From Curvularia clavata (lineage: Eukaryota), in the NCBI GenBank assembly GCA_023920165.1, contig CP089275.1, positions 2,976,001-3,040,000 on the forward strand: DNA of 64,000 nucleotides. Reading direction: 5' to 3'. Position 1 is the stretch's first letter, and each line of letters opens with the position of its first letter. This document shows positions 1 through 12,174 of the stretch, piece after piece. The translations under genes were made by a program, and so were the position numbers. The notes under the pieces were generated by a model. The model saw only the letters and a list, made by a program, of their open reading frames with translations. It made no database searches and was not told the DNA's origin.

Positions 1-80
1 ACTCAACCTCCACTCAACCAAACCAAACCAAACATTCTCCCCCATTCTACAATTTCCCCTTGCTACTCAACCTCGATACG

Positions 81-296
81 GTATGTTCTCTTCCGTTGGA
101 CCCTTTCGTTGCGCTTCGTCTAGGCCATGGCCTCATCACTGCCTGTCCACTCTGGAACATGTCTGGCAACCTGCACCTGGTCTGGTACCTTTTGCAGCTG
201 GACCTACAACTGTTTCATTGTCTCGTCTGGGATTTTCCAGCCTCCTCACTCCTGCACCACTGCCATTGTTCTTTTCACTGACTCCCCACCTTTCAG
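81..296 (+). other. Probable 5'UTR intron of the Myb gene
   Basis: GTATGT donor at 81, CTGAC branch at 278-282 and TTTCAG acceptor ending at 296, upstream of ATG 388. Confidence 0.5.
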
Positions 297-387
297 CCTT
301 CTGCCAAGTATCGAAACAGAGTCCTAGTTCGCATTCTTCCTTTACTTCTCTTCCTCATCTCGTCTTCCTTTAACGGAAGTCATCACA

Positions 388-1596
388 ATGGTTGCTCATC
401 GACGCGGCCCCTGGTCGCAGCACGAGGACCAGTGGCTTGTCAACCTGGTAGCCCGCAATGGACCCCACAACTGGGTACGAATTTCACAAGAGATCGGTTC
501 CCGATCACCAAAGCAGTGCAGAGAGCGTTATCACCAGAACCTGAAGCCCTCATTAAACCACGACCCAATCACCAGTGAAGAGGGTGAACTGATTGAGAAG
601 ATGGTGGCCGAGATGGGTAAGAGGTGGGCCGAGATTGCTCGACGGTTAAAAGGCCGTAGCGACAACGCTGTCAAGAACTAGTGGAACGGTGGCCAGAACC
701 GCAGAAAGCGAAACCCAGAGCGTCCTGATCAAAGATCCCGCGACCACATGCACCACGCTCAGCCCGGTTTCCATTACCCACTCCCCCACAGCCTTCCTCA
801 CCACGAGGAGCACCACCACATGCAACCCCGCCACGACCAACAACGACACGACTCACACCGACCGTCGATGCACTCACCACACTCCCTCAAGCTCCCCCAG
901 CCCCAGCGATTTGAGCCTTACCCAGCACCCCGACCACAGCCCCTCGACCTCGCCACCTATGGATCCCACGCAGCTGTCCGGGCACGAGGCTTTGAAACGC
1001 CCATGCCCTCACCTTCCGGCTACTCTATTGTATCGGCTGATGGTGCTCCTTCGCTCATCACTGACACTGGCTCAGAGTCAAGGTCTCCCCGAGGCGCAGC
1101 ATCTCCTCCAGAGATGACACTCGCCCCTCTCGTCGGCAGTCGGGACGAGCGTAAGAACTCCAGCACCCGCTATCTCCCCACGTCTGGCTTCGCACCCGAG
1201 GACGACTCTGCTAGCGATGCGTACAGACGCCGTGGTTCTCTGCAGCTGCCTCCTCTACACCGCAACGATACCCCCTCCTCCAAGACAGCACCCACATTTC
1301 GTGAGCCCAACTACGAGCGCCCGCAGCCACCACAACTCCTCACACAGCCTACTCCTCAGCTTACACACCACCACTCAATGCCTCAGTCTGCGCCCACCAG
1401 TGTTCCACAGCGGCCACTGCCTCCTTTCCACTCGCTTGCCGAGCCAAGGCTGCCTCTACCCCACCCCAACAGCGCGAGTACCAGTCCAGCCTCGAGGCAA
1501 CTGCCCTCCCCTTACGCACTGCCGTCAATGCCGGCAGAAGCAAGGAGCGCACCTGTCTCACCAAAGGACCGAATGTCTCTGCGGAACATCATGTAG
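388..1596 (+). CDS. flbD: R2R3 Myb transcription factor, FlbD-like, interrupted by one in-frame TAG at 679-681
   Basis: HRRGPW...NWVRIS...RSPKQCRERYHQNLKPSLNHDPI...WAEIARRL..RSDNAVKN*WNG matches FlbD-type Myb repeats (normally KNWWNG). ORFs 388-681 and 748-1596 are in the same frame with no other stop, giving 402 aa if read through. Confidence 0.85.
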
Positions 1597-3376
1597 GCTG
1601 CTTGTTTGTTTCAGCTTGCTTGTCATTTCCTTTCTTGTCCATAAAGTCACGTGCGCCACTTCACATATTCCTATTAATTGCCGAAACGTCAGCCTTCGGC
1701 ATCGCTTGTTCTACTAGTCTTCTTCACATGTCACATTTACTTGTTTTGTATGAAACCATCAAGAGAAACCATGTACACGATTGGCGGGATACCCCATGCA
1801 GCGTCTGTAAGCAGAAGGGGCGGGCTTTCACACTTGGGAGGATGTATCATCTTGCTTCTATTTCGGCCTTTTGCGGCCACGTCTTTAGCATTCAGTGCGT
1901 TAAAGTTCGAAACGCTACTTTTTCTATTCGTCCATCGGCGCTCTACCGGGCGCGAGTCATCTGTATATTTGCGACCAAAGTCTTTTGTCGCTAGCGATAA
2001 TACCCAATAGTGTGCGAACAAAAATCAGCACTTGTTTAAATTCGCTCATTTTGCGATATCCAACCAAATACAAATCGTATTCCAATCACCTGACAAAAAA
2101 CCCCCCTCTCTGTCTCTTGTCTACAGCCCACCTGACTCGCACCGTTTCCTTCCCTCTCGTTCCACATGTCCAACGATTCAGTAGCCGAAAACAACACACC
2201 TGCACCCCGTCCCCCCCTTATCACCAACGATCGGCAAACACTAGGCCTGATCCCACCCCCTTCTTCTCTCTGTCTAAACCGGCAACTTCTCACCGCCCCA
2301 ATGATATGTCGTTCCTCACTCACTCCCTCAGGTTCCGGGTACCCACTCGGTTTCTCTCTCTGTCTCTGACCTCTCGAAACAGGGCTGTGTACTCAACTAA
2401 GCCCCACCCAAACACACATACATGGTCTGGACTCTGCAACTCGCGATCCACGCAACCAATGCTCTACCGATCGGGGAGCTTGCTGCAGACACAGACGTTT
2501 TGGAAAACGGGGAAAGGGGAGACGGGCGCGGATGCCCAACGTTTTTTTCTCTCTTTTCTCTTCGGCTAATGGGCGTGTGCTATTGGGTGTTTTTTCAATT
2601 GATGTACGTACATATGTCATGTATGTGCCCTCTTTTTTTGGCCTGGGATCATCTTGCCCAGCCGGTTTATTCTGACTGGTTGGATGTCCACGGAAGACCT
2701 TTATTTTTTCCCTTTCTTGCGGGACAATGGCTGGCTGAAGCTGGAGCTGGGGCTAGAAGGAAGGAAGGCGAAGGGGGGCAATGTAAGCAAACAGTGTGTA
2801 GTGGGACACTGGCTTGCAGGTAGGTCAGGACATGGGTAGCTGTTCCTGTTTGAGGTCGATGTGCAGGTTACTGCAGAGAGGGGAGAGAGGGAAGACGGCG
2901 TCTAGACTGAGGAACGTATGTAGCACCTTGTTGCTCATTCCTTTCCCCCACTCTCTCCCCTCCTATGCCTCTTGCTCACAGCTACGCATGTCCCTCTCTC
3001 CCCACCCCAGAATCCTACATACGTACCGGAGCAAGGTTCTTTTCTTGAATCTACGTACACACACACCTACCACTCAGCTGAAATACGTGTCTGTCATATG
3101 TCCATGTCTCGTTTGCCGAACCCACATGCCGTGTCTACATACATCATCACTGCCACACCTGAACTGATCACTCACTTACCCTCTGCTCCCCGTGTGCAGT
3201 GCCACACGGAGTAAATTCGTATAGTGCTATTAATTAATCATGCCTTACTTTCTCGCTGGTAAACCCGAGAGAGTACAACGTTTCGCCTTCGAATCACAGC
3301 ATCGGCTTTCTCCCCGCCCGACTGGCGGATGACGGACCGGGCTGCGGGCCCCCAAAAGGCATGTACACCTACCACC

Positions 3377-3416
3377 GTGTGTCTGTGTCTGTGTCTGTGT
3401 GTGAGAGTGTGTGTGG
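3377..3416. repeat. (GTCTGT)n/(GT)n microsatellite
   Basis: gtgtgtctgtgtctgtgtctgtgtgtgagagtgtgtgtgg read directly. Confidence 0.8.
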
Positions 3417-6400
3417 ATGAGCGTGAATGTGACTGGACGACACACTCAAAAACGTTCCGGATGCGGAATCACTCCACCTACCAGCCTCAGCCATTCAACG
3501 TTTTTTGCCTCGCCCCCGGCCGCCCATCCGTCGTCGTCGTCTTCGTCGCTCAATTTACCCTCTTTGCCTTACTCCCCACTCTTTACCAGAAACGTCACTT
3601 GACAGTACGCCATTGGAAAAAAAGGGTCGCCGACTACAAACCACGCTATCCATTACCCACACCAAGGTTAAGACTAGTTGAGTAATGGCAGGCAAACGAC
3701 GACATTCCCAAGAAGGTAGAGACTCGATCATGTGCCCCGTTAACGATCCAGCCTTCTTTTCGGCTATTAGACTTTGGGGCGGCGATTTGGGGGGGGGGAT
3801 CGTCCTTTTGGATTAGCGCCACAATCTATGGCGCCAGCCAGCGGTGCGAGTGAGCGAGCGATTGGGGGGAGCAAAGGGCGCTACGTAGTGTGTATGTGCT
3901 GCACAAAAGGGATGGGGATAGCAGAAATCTGCTGCAAGGCGTTTGCATTGACAGAAAGGTACAGGCGTGGGTGTTGATCTTTTCTCGCTGTCTTTCTTTA
4001 CGGCTGCCCAGGGGTGGTTACCATACGGCCGCTGTCCGAGGACTATTTCTTCTGGTACCCTAACGCCCTTCGCTCGCCTTTACCTATCCCATGCCATGCG
4101 CTGAATTCGATAGTGCGGGCTGGCCTTCCCGCACGGAAAATGACCTTTTCGCGCGGGTCTTTTTTTTCCTTCCCGGCCTTCTAGCTACGCTTTCTGCTTC
4201 CGTCGGATCGGGCGTGTCCGCTTTGGGCCTGTCTTGTTTTCATGTCTCAATTCGTTCGACGGCGCTAGTTTTTCGATCTGGCGGGCTTGCGGCCATGAGA
4301 TCGTTTCTGGCCTTTTTCTTGCTAACTAGACTAGCTAATGCATGCGCCGGTCTACCAACGGCGGCGGCCAGTTGAATGGGCCGCCGCCGTCCGCCGCCCG
4401 TCCATCTGGGCTTTTTTCCCTTTCTTCCTTTTTCTTTCTTTGGGCAAAGGGAAAAGGCTACTTGGTTCGTGACCAGTCTGTCGGGTCGGGTCCGATATAC
4501 GTCGGCCAGAGGCTAGGCTTTTTACTCAGTGTCATTTGCAGTAGGCGTACACCTATGGCACGGTATCCGGGTACGCAGGCGCCCGAAGGACCGATGTTAT
4601 CATGGGGCTCACATATTTGTGTTCTTGTTCATAATCAAATAAATCCTGTTATGCGTTCTGTCAGTAGGGCTTATGACTTCGGCGCTTCAAAGTCCAATGC
4701 CATCACTTCACTTGTCATGAGTCCAGCGCCTTCCGCTTTGCTCATAGTTTCTTCTTCTCACCAGACACTCTGTATTTTCTCTATCATCTCCGGTCCCATG
4801 TCTCTTTGGAACCAGCGTGCCCCTGTCAATCTGCTGTACCGGCAGCTCCATCGACCGTCTGGCCCAGCATCGCAGTGTCACGTCGAATCGCATATGCAGC
4901 CGAGTGCGCCCCGCATAGGACTCAGACTCTTGTTTTTCTGCCTGACTTGTTACGTAGTGGTACCGAGAAAAGGCCCCCCATGCCGTGTTGCATAGATATG
5001 TGGACAGGATCATGGCTGTCCAGACAGTGTTGCCAGGATGGCGTGGCTTATCAGTGAGGGATTGTGCATGAAACACGTAGCCACCAGAGCAGAGGCCATG
5101 TCCGTCAGTAAATATGCACGAACCGTCAAATCGAGGTGGCAGACGAGATTGATGTCGGTCCCAGACTTTCTGGGACCGTAGCACCGTTGCGGGTGGCTCT
5201 AGTGAAACGCACAGGTTGCTGCGGTTGAACGTCGATCAGTGCTCGAGCTCGAGCTTTCGGCGGTTGATGCGCAGCAAGGGTGTCTGGGCTGTCTGTGCCG
5301 AACTACATGCGGTGAAGACGTTGGTAGGTCAAACGCCTTTGTGGAGTCTGCGTCTCTCTCCGACCGGAACAGTGCGGAATGTGCTGGCAAACGTCCTCTG
5401 GGACCGAGTTATGCCACCTTTTTCTTTCTTTCCCTTAGCCCAAACGGACGTGCCCTGCGACTCTGGTAGCTGTCAGGGCAAGACACTGTAGTCAATCCCA
5501 CTTGCAGGACACGTTTCTCGGTTGCTCTTTGTGTGGTTCAGCTACGGAGCATCGCGCCCACTTCCCCTTTTTCCCTTACCCCTTGGAAAAATGAAATCTG
5601 CATGTACATGACATGTACTCTGACTTGGTGTACCAAGCAAAAAAATACCTACGTATCACGTCGGAGATACATCCCCACAACACGAAAGGCTCAAGTGGAG
5701 CCGTACTTCGCAGCAGAGCCAAAACACTGAGCCCAGCCTCGATCCACAGATCTGCCCCTCCGTCGCCAAACGATAGCGCGATTACCAGCTGACTCCATCA
5801 TCGCTTGTCTCGCCCAGTGTCTCATTTTTTCTGGTTCCTGCATGACCAACGGGCCCGGCCATCGAGCTGGAAAAACCGGCAGTGCATGTATCCACCAGGG
5901 CGCTGGTCGCTTGGATGTATGACGGTATCCAAGAAATCAGAGACACAGGTACTGGTCGCCTTGCATGCGTCCTTCACACCAACCCGCCGATGCGACGCTG
6001 CGCTACGAGCGGCGGCCAGTGTCCTTGAACGTCTTCTGCAGCCAGGTGTATGCCGGTTACGCGTGCGCAAGAGGAAGCCATCCACCAGCAATTTCCGTTG
6101 GTCCGTGTGATCAGCACAACTCTTGACTTCATATCCTCAGCATTCTTGCATCTAGGGTGTTGACATGACGCATCTCGCTCGTAACCTCAGTGCATGTTCT
6201 GCGGCCGTCGACTGTCGTCGTCGTCGATGACGGACACGGGTGATGTCACTCGCTTACCGGGTTGCAGGTAAAGGCGCCGGTTGCCAGCATTGCGGGTTTC
6301 GGTACTTTGCGGCTGAATACCTTACCCTCAGCTATATGATCCCGTGTTATTAAGTCCCTCGTGTAAGACCACCCAGCCCTGTCTTAGATACAACCAACTT

Positions 6401-6896
6401 TTGCGCATCTACGGGCGTATAGTGGCAGCGCAGCTGGTGTGTCGTTTGATCAAGATACGAGCGGCATCGGGCCTTTTTCCACTGGGGACGGCAGATGGGC
6501 CAGATGACACGCACACATGGTGGTGCAAAACCGGGTGTTTGTCTCCTTCGTGACGGGATTGGGATGTTAACTGGATTGGGATTGGAGGGAAATAAGAAGT
6601 CGATGGGTCACGTGATGACGCTTCTCCGTCGCGTCTTTGCCCCATGGGCCGTTCCCCAGCCGAACGGGCCCAACCGCCTCCAAACGAACATCATCTTATC
6701 ACAACTCATCAATCAACATCATCAACTCACCTCTTGGCATCTGTGTACAGACGCATCAAGGTGCAGATTGGAGCTATCTGAAGATTTACATTGCTATTAC
6801 TTGTCGCGGCTTCTTCGGCTCCTCTGGCCGCTGCTGGTGCTACCACAAGCCGCGCTACATCCCGCAGATTGTTGATGTCTGCGTCTGCCGGGAGGA

Positions 6897-9033
6897 ATGT
6901 CGGGTAATGGGCTGTATGACCCGGACCAGAATTCCGTGAATACGCGGTGGGTGCAGCCCTGGAGTGAGGCGTTTAGGGTGAGTCGCCCGCATATACTGCA
7001 TGTGGTGTCTGCGCGCTCCATGCTGGGTCGGTATCCTTGCATGCCTTGGGCCAATGTTGCCTGCGCGTGGTTTTGCAACTCAATACATTCAATATGTGAA
7101 ATGCGTAGAGTGCTGGGTTCAATTGTGACGGTGGCTGACTGCATAACAGGCACAACGAGATGTTGGACTTCGCGTGCCCATCAACTTCCAGACTACACCG
7201 GGAGTTTCATTGACAACAGCTTGCTTCAATGCTAATAGGTACGAGCATAATGCCTTTCAGAAGTGCTTCTCCAACTTGTTAGCCGTGGGATTTCGAAAGT
7301 TCACGGTCGACGCTTATTGGGATCCACTGCGGCAAGTATGGAGTTTGTGCCCTGTCCAGCTCCCTAGGTCAGATGGGGGCAGCTCGAGTAATGGAGATGC
7401 GCCGGTCAGAACAGGGCAGACGATAGTGCCATCTAGTGATACTGTGATGGCACAAACACCACAGTCAACAGTACCTCTTCCTCCAGGAGCGCAGAAGCGC
7501 CAGGAGACGCAAACATCGACGCCAGCAGCCGTTGAGCCGTCGTCCGTAGCATCTTCATCTGTTGTGGGTGTTTCATCTTCACCGACTTCTTCAGTAGCAT
7601 CCAGTGCAGCAACTCCCACTATTATCGACTATCCCAATCCGAGTGGGCCTCCTCTCTTGCAAATCGGCAACTACAATTGCACTTCTCTCACGACATTGGA
7701 TCTACTTACGGGCATACTGGCTGATTTCTTAGAATCAACCGATACTACTACCGGCGCTGCATTGACCTTGTTTGCCTTCAACGTACATGCTGCATCTTCC
7801 ATTGCCGACCCCAATGGAGTAGCGCCTGATGTTTCTCAAGACCAGTTGCCAGGCCAGGGCCAGCTTCTTAGTGACTTACTAAGAGGTAACCTCTCGGACG
7901 ATATCTATAAGCCTAATCTCTTGTCCGATCAGCGTGCAAACCTGAACGACTCTTGGTACAACGTCGACTGGAATAACCGCCCACTGGAGGGATACTATCA
8001 AGTGTCGGAGAATGCTCAAGGAGACCTGTATACGGACAGTGGGTGGCCAACGGAGGCTTTTGCGGAGTTCAAACAGCTCTTTCGTCTACTCGCTAGCTAC
8101 GGCAACATCGACACCCAAATGAAAGCATACAACGTGGCCGCCGACTCCGAGTATATTTTCCCTCCAAACACAACATTCAGTCAGAAAGCGATGACGGTGG
8201 GTTCGGATGGCCGCGTGACATCAGGTTGCTTGTTCAATCCTTCGGACCAGACCATTACGTCTGCAACGAACTCCTCTTGGGCTGTCTCGACCGCCCCAGA
8301 CTTAGATGTCAGTTCGAATTCCGACTTTACGTCGCCCATCGCATCCATCAGCAACCTCACTGCATGCGGCACCACACCCTGGCTTAACCAAACCCTCGCT
8401 GGCATGACCGCCGACCTCAACCCCTTACCTTACGCCGCTTTCGTGCAATCGACCCTCTGGACCTTTGCCCCCGGCGAGCCCCTCAATGCCACCCAAGGCG
8501 ATGACGAACGCACCATCAACCGCTGCGTCGTCATGACCAAATCGCCGTACCCCAGCCGCTGGCGCACAACCGACTGCCGCGAAACACACCGCGTCGCCTG
8601 CCACGACCCTTCCTCCCCCTACGCTTGGCGCATCTCCAGCGACTCCTCCACCTACGCAACCGCAGATACTCGCTGCACGCCACCCTACAGTTTCAGTGTT
8701 CCGCACACAGCCCTCGAAAATGCCCACCTCTTTGCTGCCTTTGAGGCCCTGCAGTCTGATAATAGTGACGACGACGTCTTGTACCTTAATCTGAATAGTA
8801 TCAATACCCCCGACTGCTGGGTCGTCGGCCTCAATTCAACGTGTCCATATCTCCCTTCTACCGAGACGGACCGCACGAAGATTGTGGTTGTGCCGACGGT
8901 CGCGGCAGTCATTATCTTCCTGCTAGCTGTTATGACGTTCTTTCTGAAGTGTGCGGCGAATCGGCGGGAGAATAAGAGGGGTAGGAAGAGGCGGCTGGTT
9001 GATGGGTGGGAGTATGAGGGTGTGCCTAGTTAG
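6897..9033 (+). CDS. MTC6: Mtc6-like type I membrane protein with C-type-lectin-like C-terminal region
   Basis: Exon 6897-6977, intron 6978-7149 (GTGAGT..CTGAC..CAG), exon 7150-9033. Motifs AQRDVGLRVPINF, LLAVGFRKFTVDAYWD, WSLCP, GWPTE and a C-terminal TM helix (IVVVPTVAAVIIFLLAVMTFFLKC) followed by a basic tail and WEYEGVPS. Confidence 0.8.
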
Positions 9034-9486
9034 GTTTGGGTTTGCGTGTTTGGGTAATAGTGGAAAAGAATACTCTGTAAAGGCTTGGAAATCAAAAGTT
9101 TGAGCATGTTGTGGTAGGAAGTAGAAGTTGGAGTTTGGATAAGGGTGGTATAGGAATAATCTATTTTTACTAGATAAATAGAAAAGGAAATTGCCGACCA
9201 GATCTTCGAAAAGAAGTGTGTGAAATGAGAGGTTCTCGAGGCATTTTGAACAATGCGATGCAACCTGATGTAGAACGTGTGGAGGGTTTCGACGTTTCCA
9301 ACAAAACAATACATCTCTTTTCGATTGCATCAGAATTTCTTCCGTGCTGAGTGCTTCCTAGCAACCACTTTTTATGCTGTTGAATCATGTACTGGGTATC
9401 TGTGTACCATGCATGGCCAAGCACCGCAATTTACGTTTTAAACGTTGATACTACCCTAATGAGGGAGCCGTCGGATCAGCATGACT

Positions 9487-10599
9487 TCATGCACCATCAA
9501 CTGGCGTTTTACGCTTTGTCTTCGAGCCTTTGGGTCGGCCGCTATGGTTTTTGGGGGTGAGTGGAACCAAGCCTCCGCGTGGATTGGGCATCTTCTCTGC
9601 ATAAACTTTTGTCGTCCCCTTGGGCCGGCCTCTGGGCCTTGGTGCAACCACTTTAGCAACTTCGGTGGCTGGTTTGTTCTTGGAGCCTTTTGGACGGCCT
9701 GGACGCCGCTTCTCCACAGTAACAGCAGTAGGGGGCTGGTCAATTGCAACATAACGCATAAGATCAAGCGTCTCCTTCTCCAAATCTTTTCTCATGGGAA
9801 AAATAGGTGAGCCCATCCATGTTAACTGGATATCCCTCCTTGTGCCTGCGTTTTTGAACCTGGCCAAACTCTTCTTCGGTATGTTGGAGCCAGCTGGCTC
9901 GGTCTCATGCTCGGTAGCAGACAATAAAACACGTGGTGTGTGCCTCACTGTAACACCCACACCTTCTAGTCCTTGTTCAGAGGCGGCACGATTCCAAACA
10001 AACTGTTGGACTAAGCCTTCCCTGGAAACCAGAACGAAGCCCATAGGCCAACGGCTGTGACCTAACGCTTCCAGTACTCCTTTGGTAGCTTTTTTCGTCG
10101 TCACCAGCAATCCAAACACAACCTTGTTCTTCCAATCAGGTGGTGTCCCTTGGAATGAACCCTCGAGTTCGCGGATGTGGCTGGGGTTGACTGAAATCTT
10201 GCGCGCTTTGCATTGGATGATGACAGGCAGCGGCTCCCTCAATGGTGCCAATACCCAATGCCCGATGAGATCAATGCCAGCATCCCACGTGCGGCCTATA
10301 CGTAGCAGCGAAAAGCCCAGGCGCATGAGGGCCAGCGCGGATGTGTACTCATAGTGTGTACCGACAAAGTGGGGAGAGCCAGGGTCCAGATTTATACGTT
10401 TTGCATAGTCTAGAAAGGTAGGCAGTGAGTTGTGATGTGGCGATCCAGGCGCAAGTATCAATTTAGGGAGATCAATTGGTGTCGCGTTCTGGGCGCAAGT
10501 GGTTGCGATGCGACGAGGGACGCGATGCGGAGTCGCTCGGGGAAGCCAAGCAAGTAACGAAGTGTGTCTGGGCCATGTCGGGCGGAGGGAAGGTCTCAT
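9487..10599 (-). CDS. RRG7: Rrg7/DUF2034-like mitochondrial protein (Mrr-type PD-(D/E)xK fold) with C-terminal GRP repeats
   Basis: Arg-rich presequence-like N-terminus; GTHYEY, DAGIDLIGHW, VIIQCKA, IRELEG, QFVWN motifs. Confidence 0.75.
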   Translation of the reverse strand: MRPSLRPTWPRHTSLLAWLPRATPHRVPRRIATTCAQNATPIDLPKLILAPGSPHHNSLPTFLDYAKRINLDPGSPHFVGTHYEYTSALALMRLGFSLLRIGRTWDAGIDLIGHWVLAPLREPLPVIIQCKARKISVNPSHIRELEGSFQGTPPDWKNKVVFGLLVTTKKATKGVLEALGHSRWPMGFVLVSREGLVQQFVWNRAASEQGLEGVGVTVRHTPRVLLSATEHETEPAGSNIPKKSLARFKNAGTRRDIQLTWMGSPIFPMRKDLEKETLDLMRYVAIDQPPTAVTVEKRRPGRPKGSKNKPATEVAKVVAPRPRGRPKGTTKVYAEKMPNPRGGLVPLTPKNHSGRPKGSKTKRKTPVDGA

Positions 10600-10862
10600 T
10601 ACGGTATCCTAGAGGCAACCAGGAGGCGGGACATATTTACAGTGGACAGCAGTGGTTGAGGCGGGTGCGGACGCGACGGTTGACGGGCGGGGTTTCTTAA
10701 TACTGGATGTGGGTGCGGTGAGGATTCGCGGGTATCCATAATTTTGAGTGACGCGCTAGGCTAGCTCCGCCTTGGTACCTGCACTCCAACAACCCCACGC
10801 GCTTCACTCTCCCACCTACAACTTACACATTCACGACCTGATTGACTACCGCTTCCAAAACA

Positions 10863-11382
10863 ATGCACGATATTCTCACTCAAATTCAAGATGAGCTGGA
10901 CATGGTATTGCAACATACAGAAAGAAATGACGAAGACAGCGTACTGATCAACACAGCTCCTCAATCAAATGGCAGCAGCCCTCCGCCAAATAAGAGAGAA
11001 TGCTCCCCCAAGCGTACCCCCAGGGCAACAGCGTCTCGACAGCTTCGCAGAACTTGAAGCTCGTGAAGCCGCCCAGCATAATGCCTCTACGGATCCCTCT
11101 CAACCACCATTCGTGCCACCCCCAAAGCCTTCTCCAGAGCAATTCCAGGCGGACATCAAAGAGCTGGCAAAGGATATCACACTGAAGGAGCAGCAGATTG
11201 AGAAGCTGATTGCGCATCTGCCGGGTCTGAACTGGAGTGAGAAGGATCAGGTGGAGAGGATGAAGGAACTAGAGAGGCAACTGGAAGACTTGGAAGAAGA
11301 CAGGGTCAAAGCGGTCAAAGAGAAGGAGATGCTAATGAAGATGGTCGAAGATAAAATTGCAGGTGTAGGGCGGGGGCGCTGA
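10863..11382 (+). CDS. MED21: Mediator subunit 21 (Srb7)
   Basis: MHDILTQIQDELDM, intron 10905-10956, then ELAKDITLKEQQIEKLIAHLPG and a coiled-coil C-terminus. Confidence 0.85.
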
Positions 11383-11712
11383 GTCTGCTGCTCGCAATAT
11401 CTCGTATCGCTAATGAGACAACTGGACGAACATCTGCTGGGTTCTCTATAGGACATTTACGTCAAACCGGCGACTTTCCACTGTTCACGACTGTCTCGCG
11501 GATACATTGCAACCAAAGAATCGGAGAACCTATCTCCGTGTGAGAAAAAGGTCCTATCAGTTCGCCCAAACGATTTTACCCGGTCCAATCGCATTCCTCC
11601 CAAGGCCAACAATGCCTATGAAGGAGCAGATGACGATGAAAATAGACCTCCCGCCAAACTTGCAGGTCAAACTCATTCCAGGCACTTGGTACCATTAATT
11701 CCCGTCGAACTG

Positions 11713-12174
11713 TCAATTATCTCTCAGAATAAAGGGCTTGGCCACGATATGACAACCTCCCGGATTGTCGCTTTTGATCCTGATCATACCGCACTCTTTC
11801 AACCACAGACTCTCTACCGCCCCTGTATCCCAACCCCTGTTCCGGTACGTATTGGGGATCTCACCCCTGTTCTGGTACATAGGGGCCTCTCCCCGCATGA
11901 CCTGGCCGTTCACGGCAATCGCAATCCCTTTGGACAGGTCCTCCTTTGAATCATCGAAACGCTCAAATCCTTCTCTCTTATCGGTTCTGTGAAGCACCTT
12001 TGCGAACAAGTGCGATAGCTTTGATTCCGATGGTTTCCTTCTGGCAATGCGCTCCGCCATCCTTGCTTCCTTGGTGGTCTGCTGCAATTCATGTACCTCG
12101 GTGCAGTATGTGTCGTCAACATCGTCAAAGAGGCCGCGCGACCCACTGTGATTGATCCTGCGTTCTTTGGCCAT
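11713..12174 (-). CDS. Hypothetical protein (~153 aa)
   Basis: Open frame from ATG 12174 (MAKERRINHSG...) with protein-like composition; no family recognised. Confidence 0.5.
   Translation of the reverse strand: MAKERRINHSGSRGLFDDVDDTYCTEVHELQQTTKEARMAERIARRKPSESKLSHLFAKVLHRTDKREGFERFDDSKEDLSKGIAIAVNGQVMRGEAPMYQNRGEIPNTYRNRGWDTGAVESLWLKECGMIRIKSDNPGGCHIVAKPFILRDN

Noticed and set aside
14..33. (CCAAA)n short repeat at window start
   Set aside because: Simple 5'UTR/promoter microsatellite; not telomeric (TTAGGG) and too short to interpret.
689..1717. Alternative-frame ORFs overlapping flbD
   Set aside because: Shadow ORFs of a GC/Pro-rich coding region; no independent motifs.
1985..6939. 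Many 60-217 aa ORFs in the long intergenic region
   Set aside because: No recognisable domains or coding-like composition; many have non-ATG starts.
10600..10862. Short divergent promoter RRG7/MED21 (also TMS1/MFS and carrier/GTT3-like)
   Set aside because: Common arrangement in compact fungal genomes.
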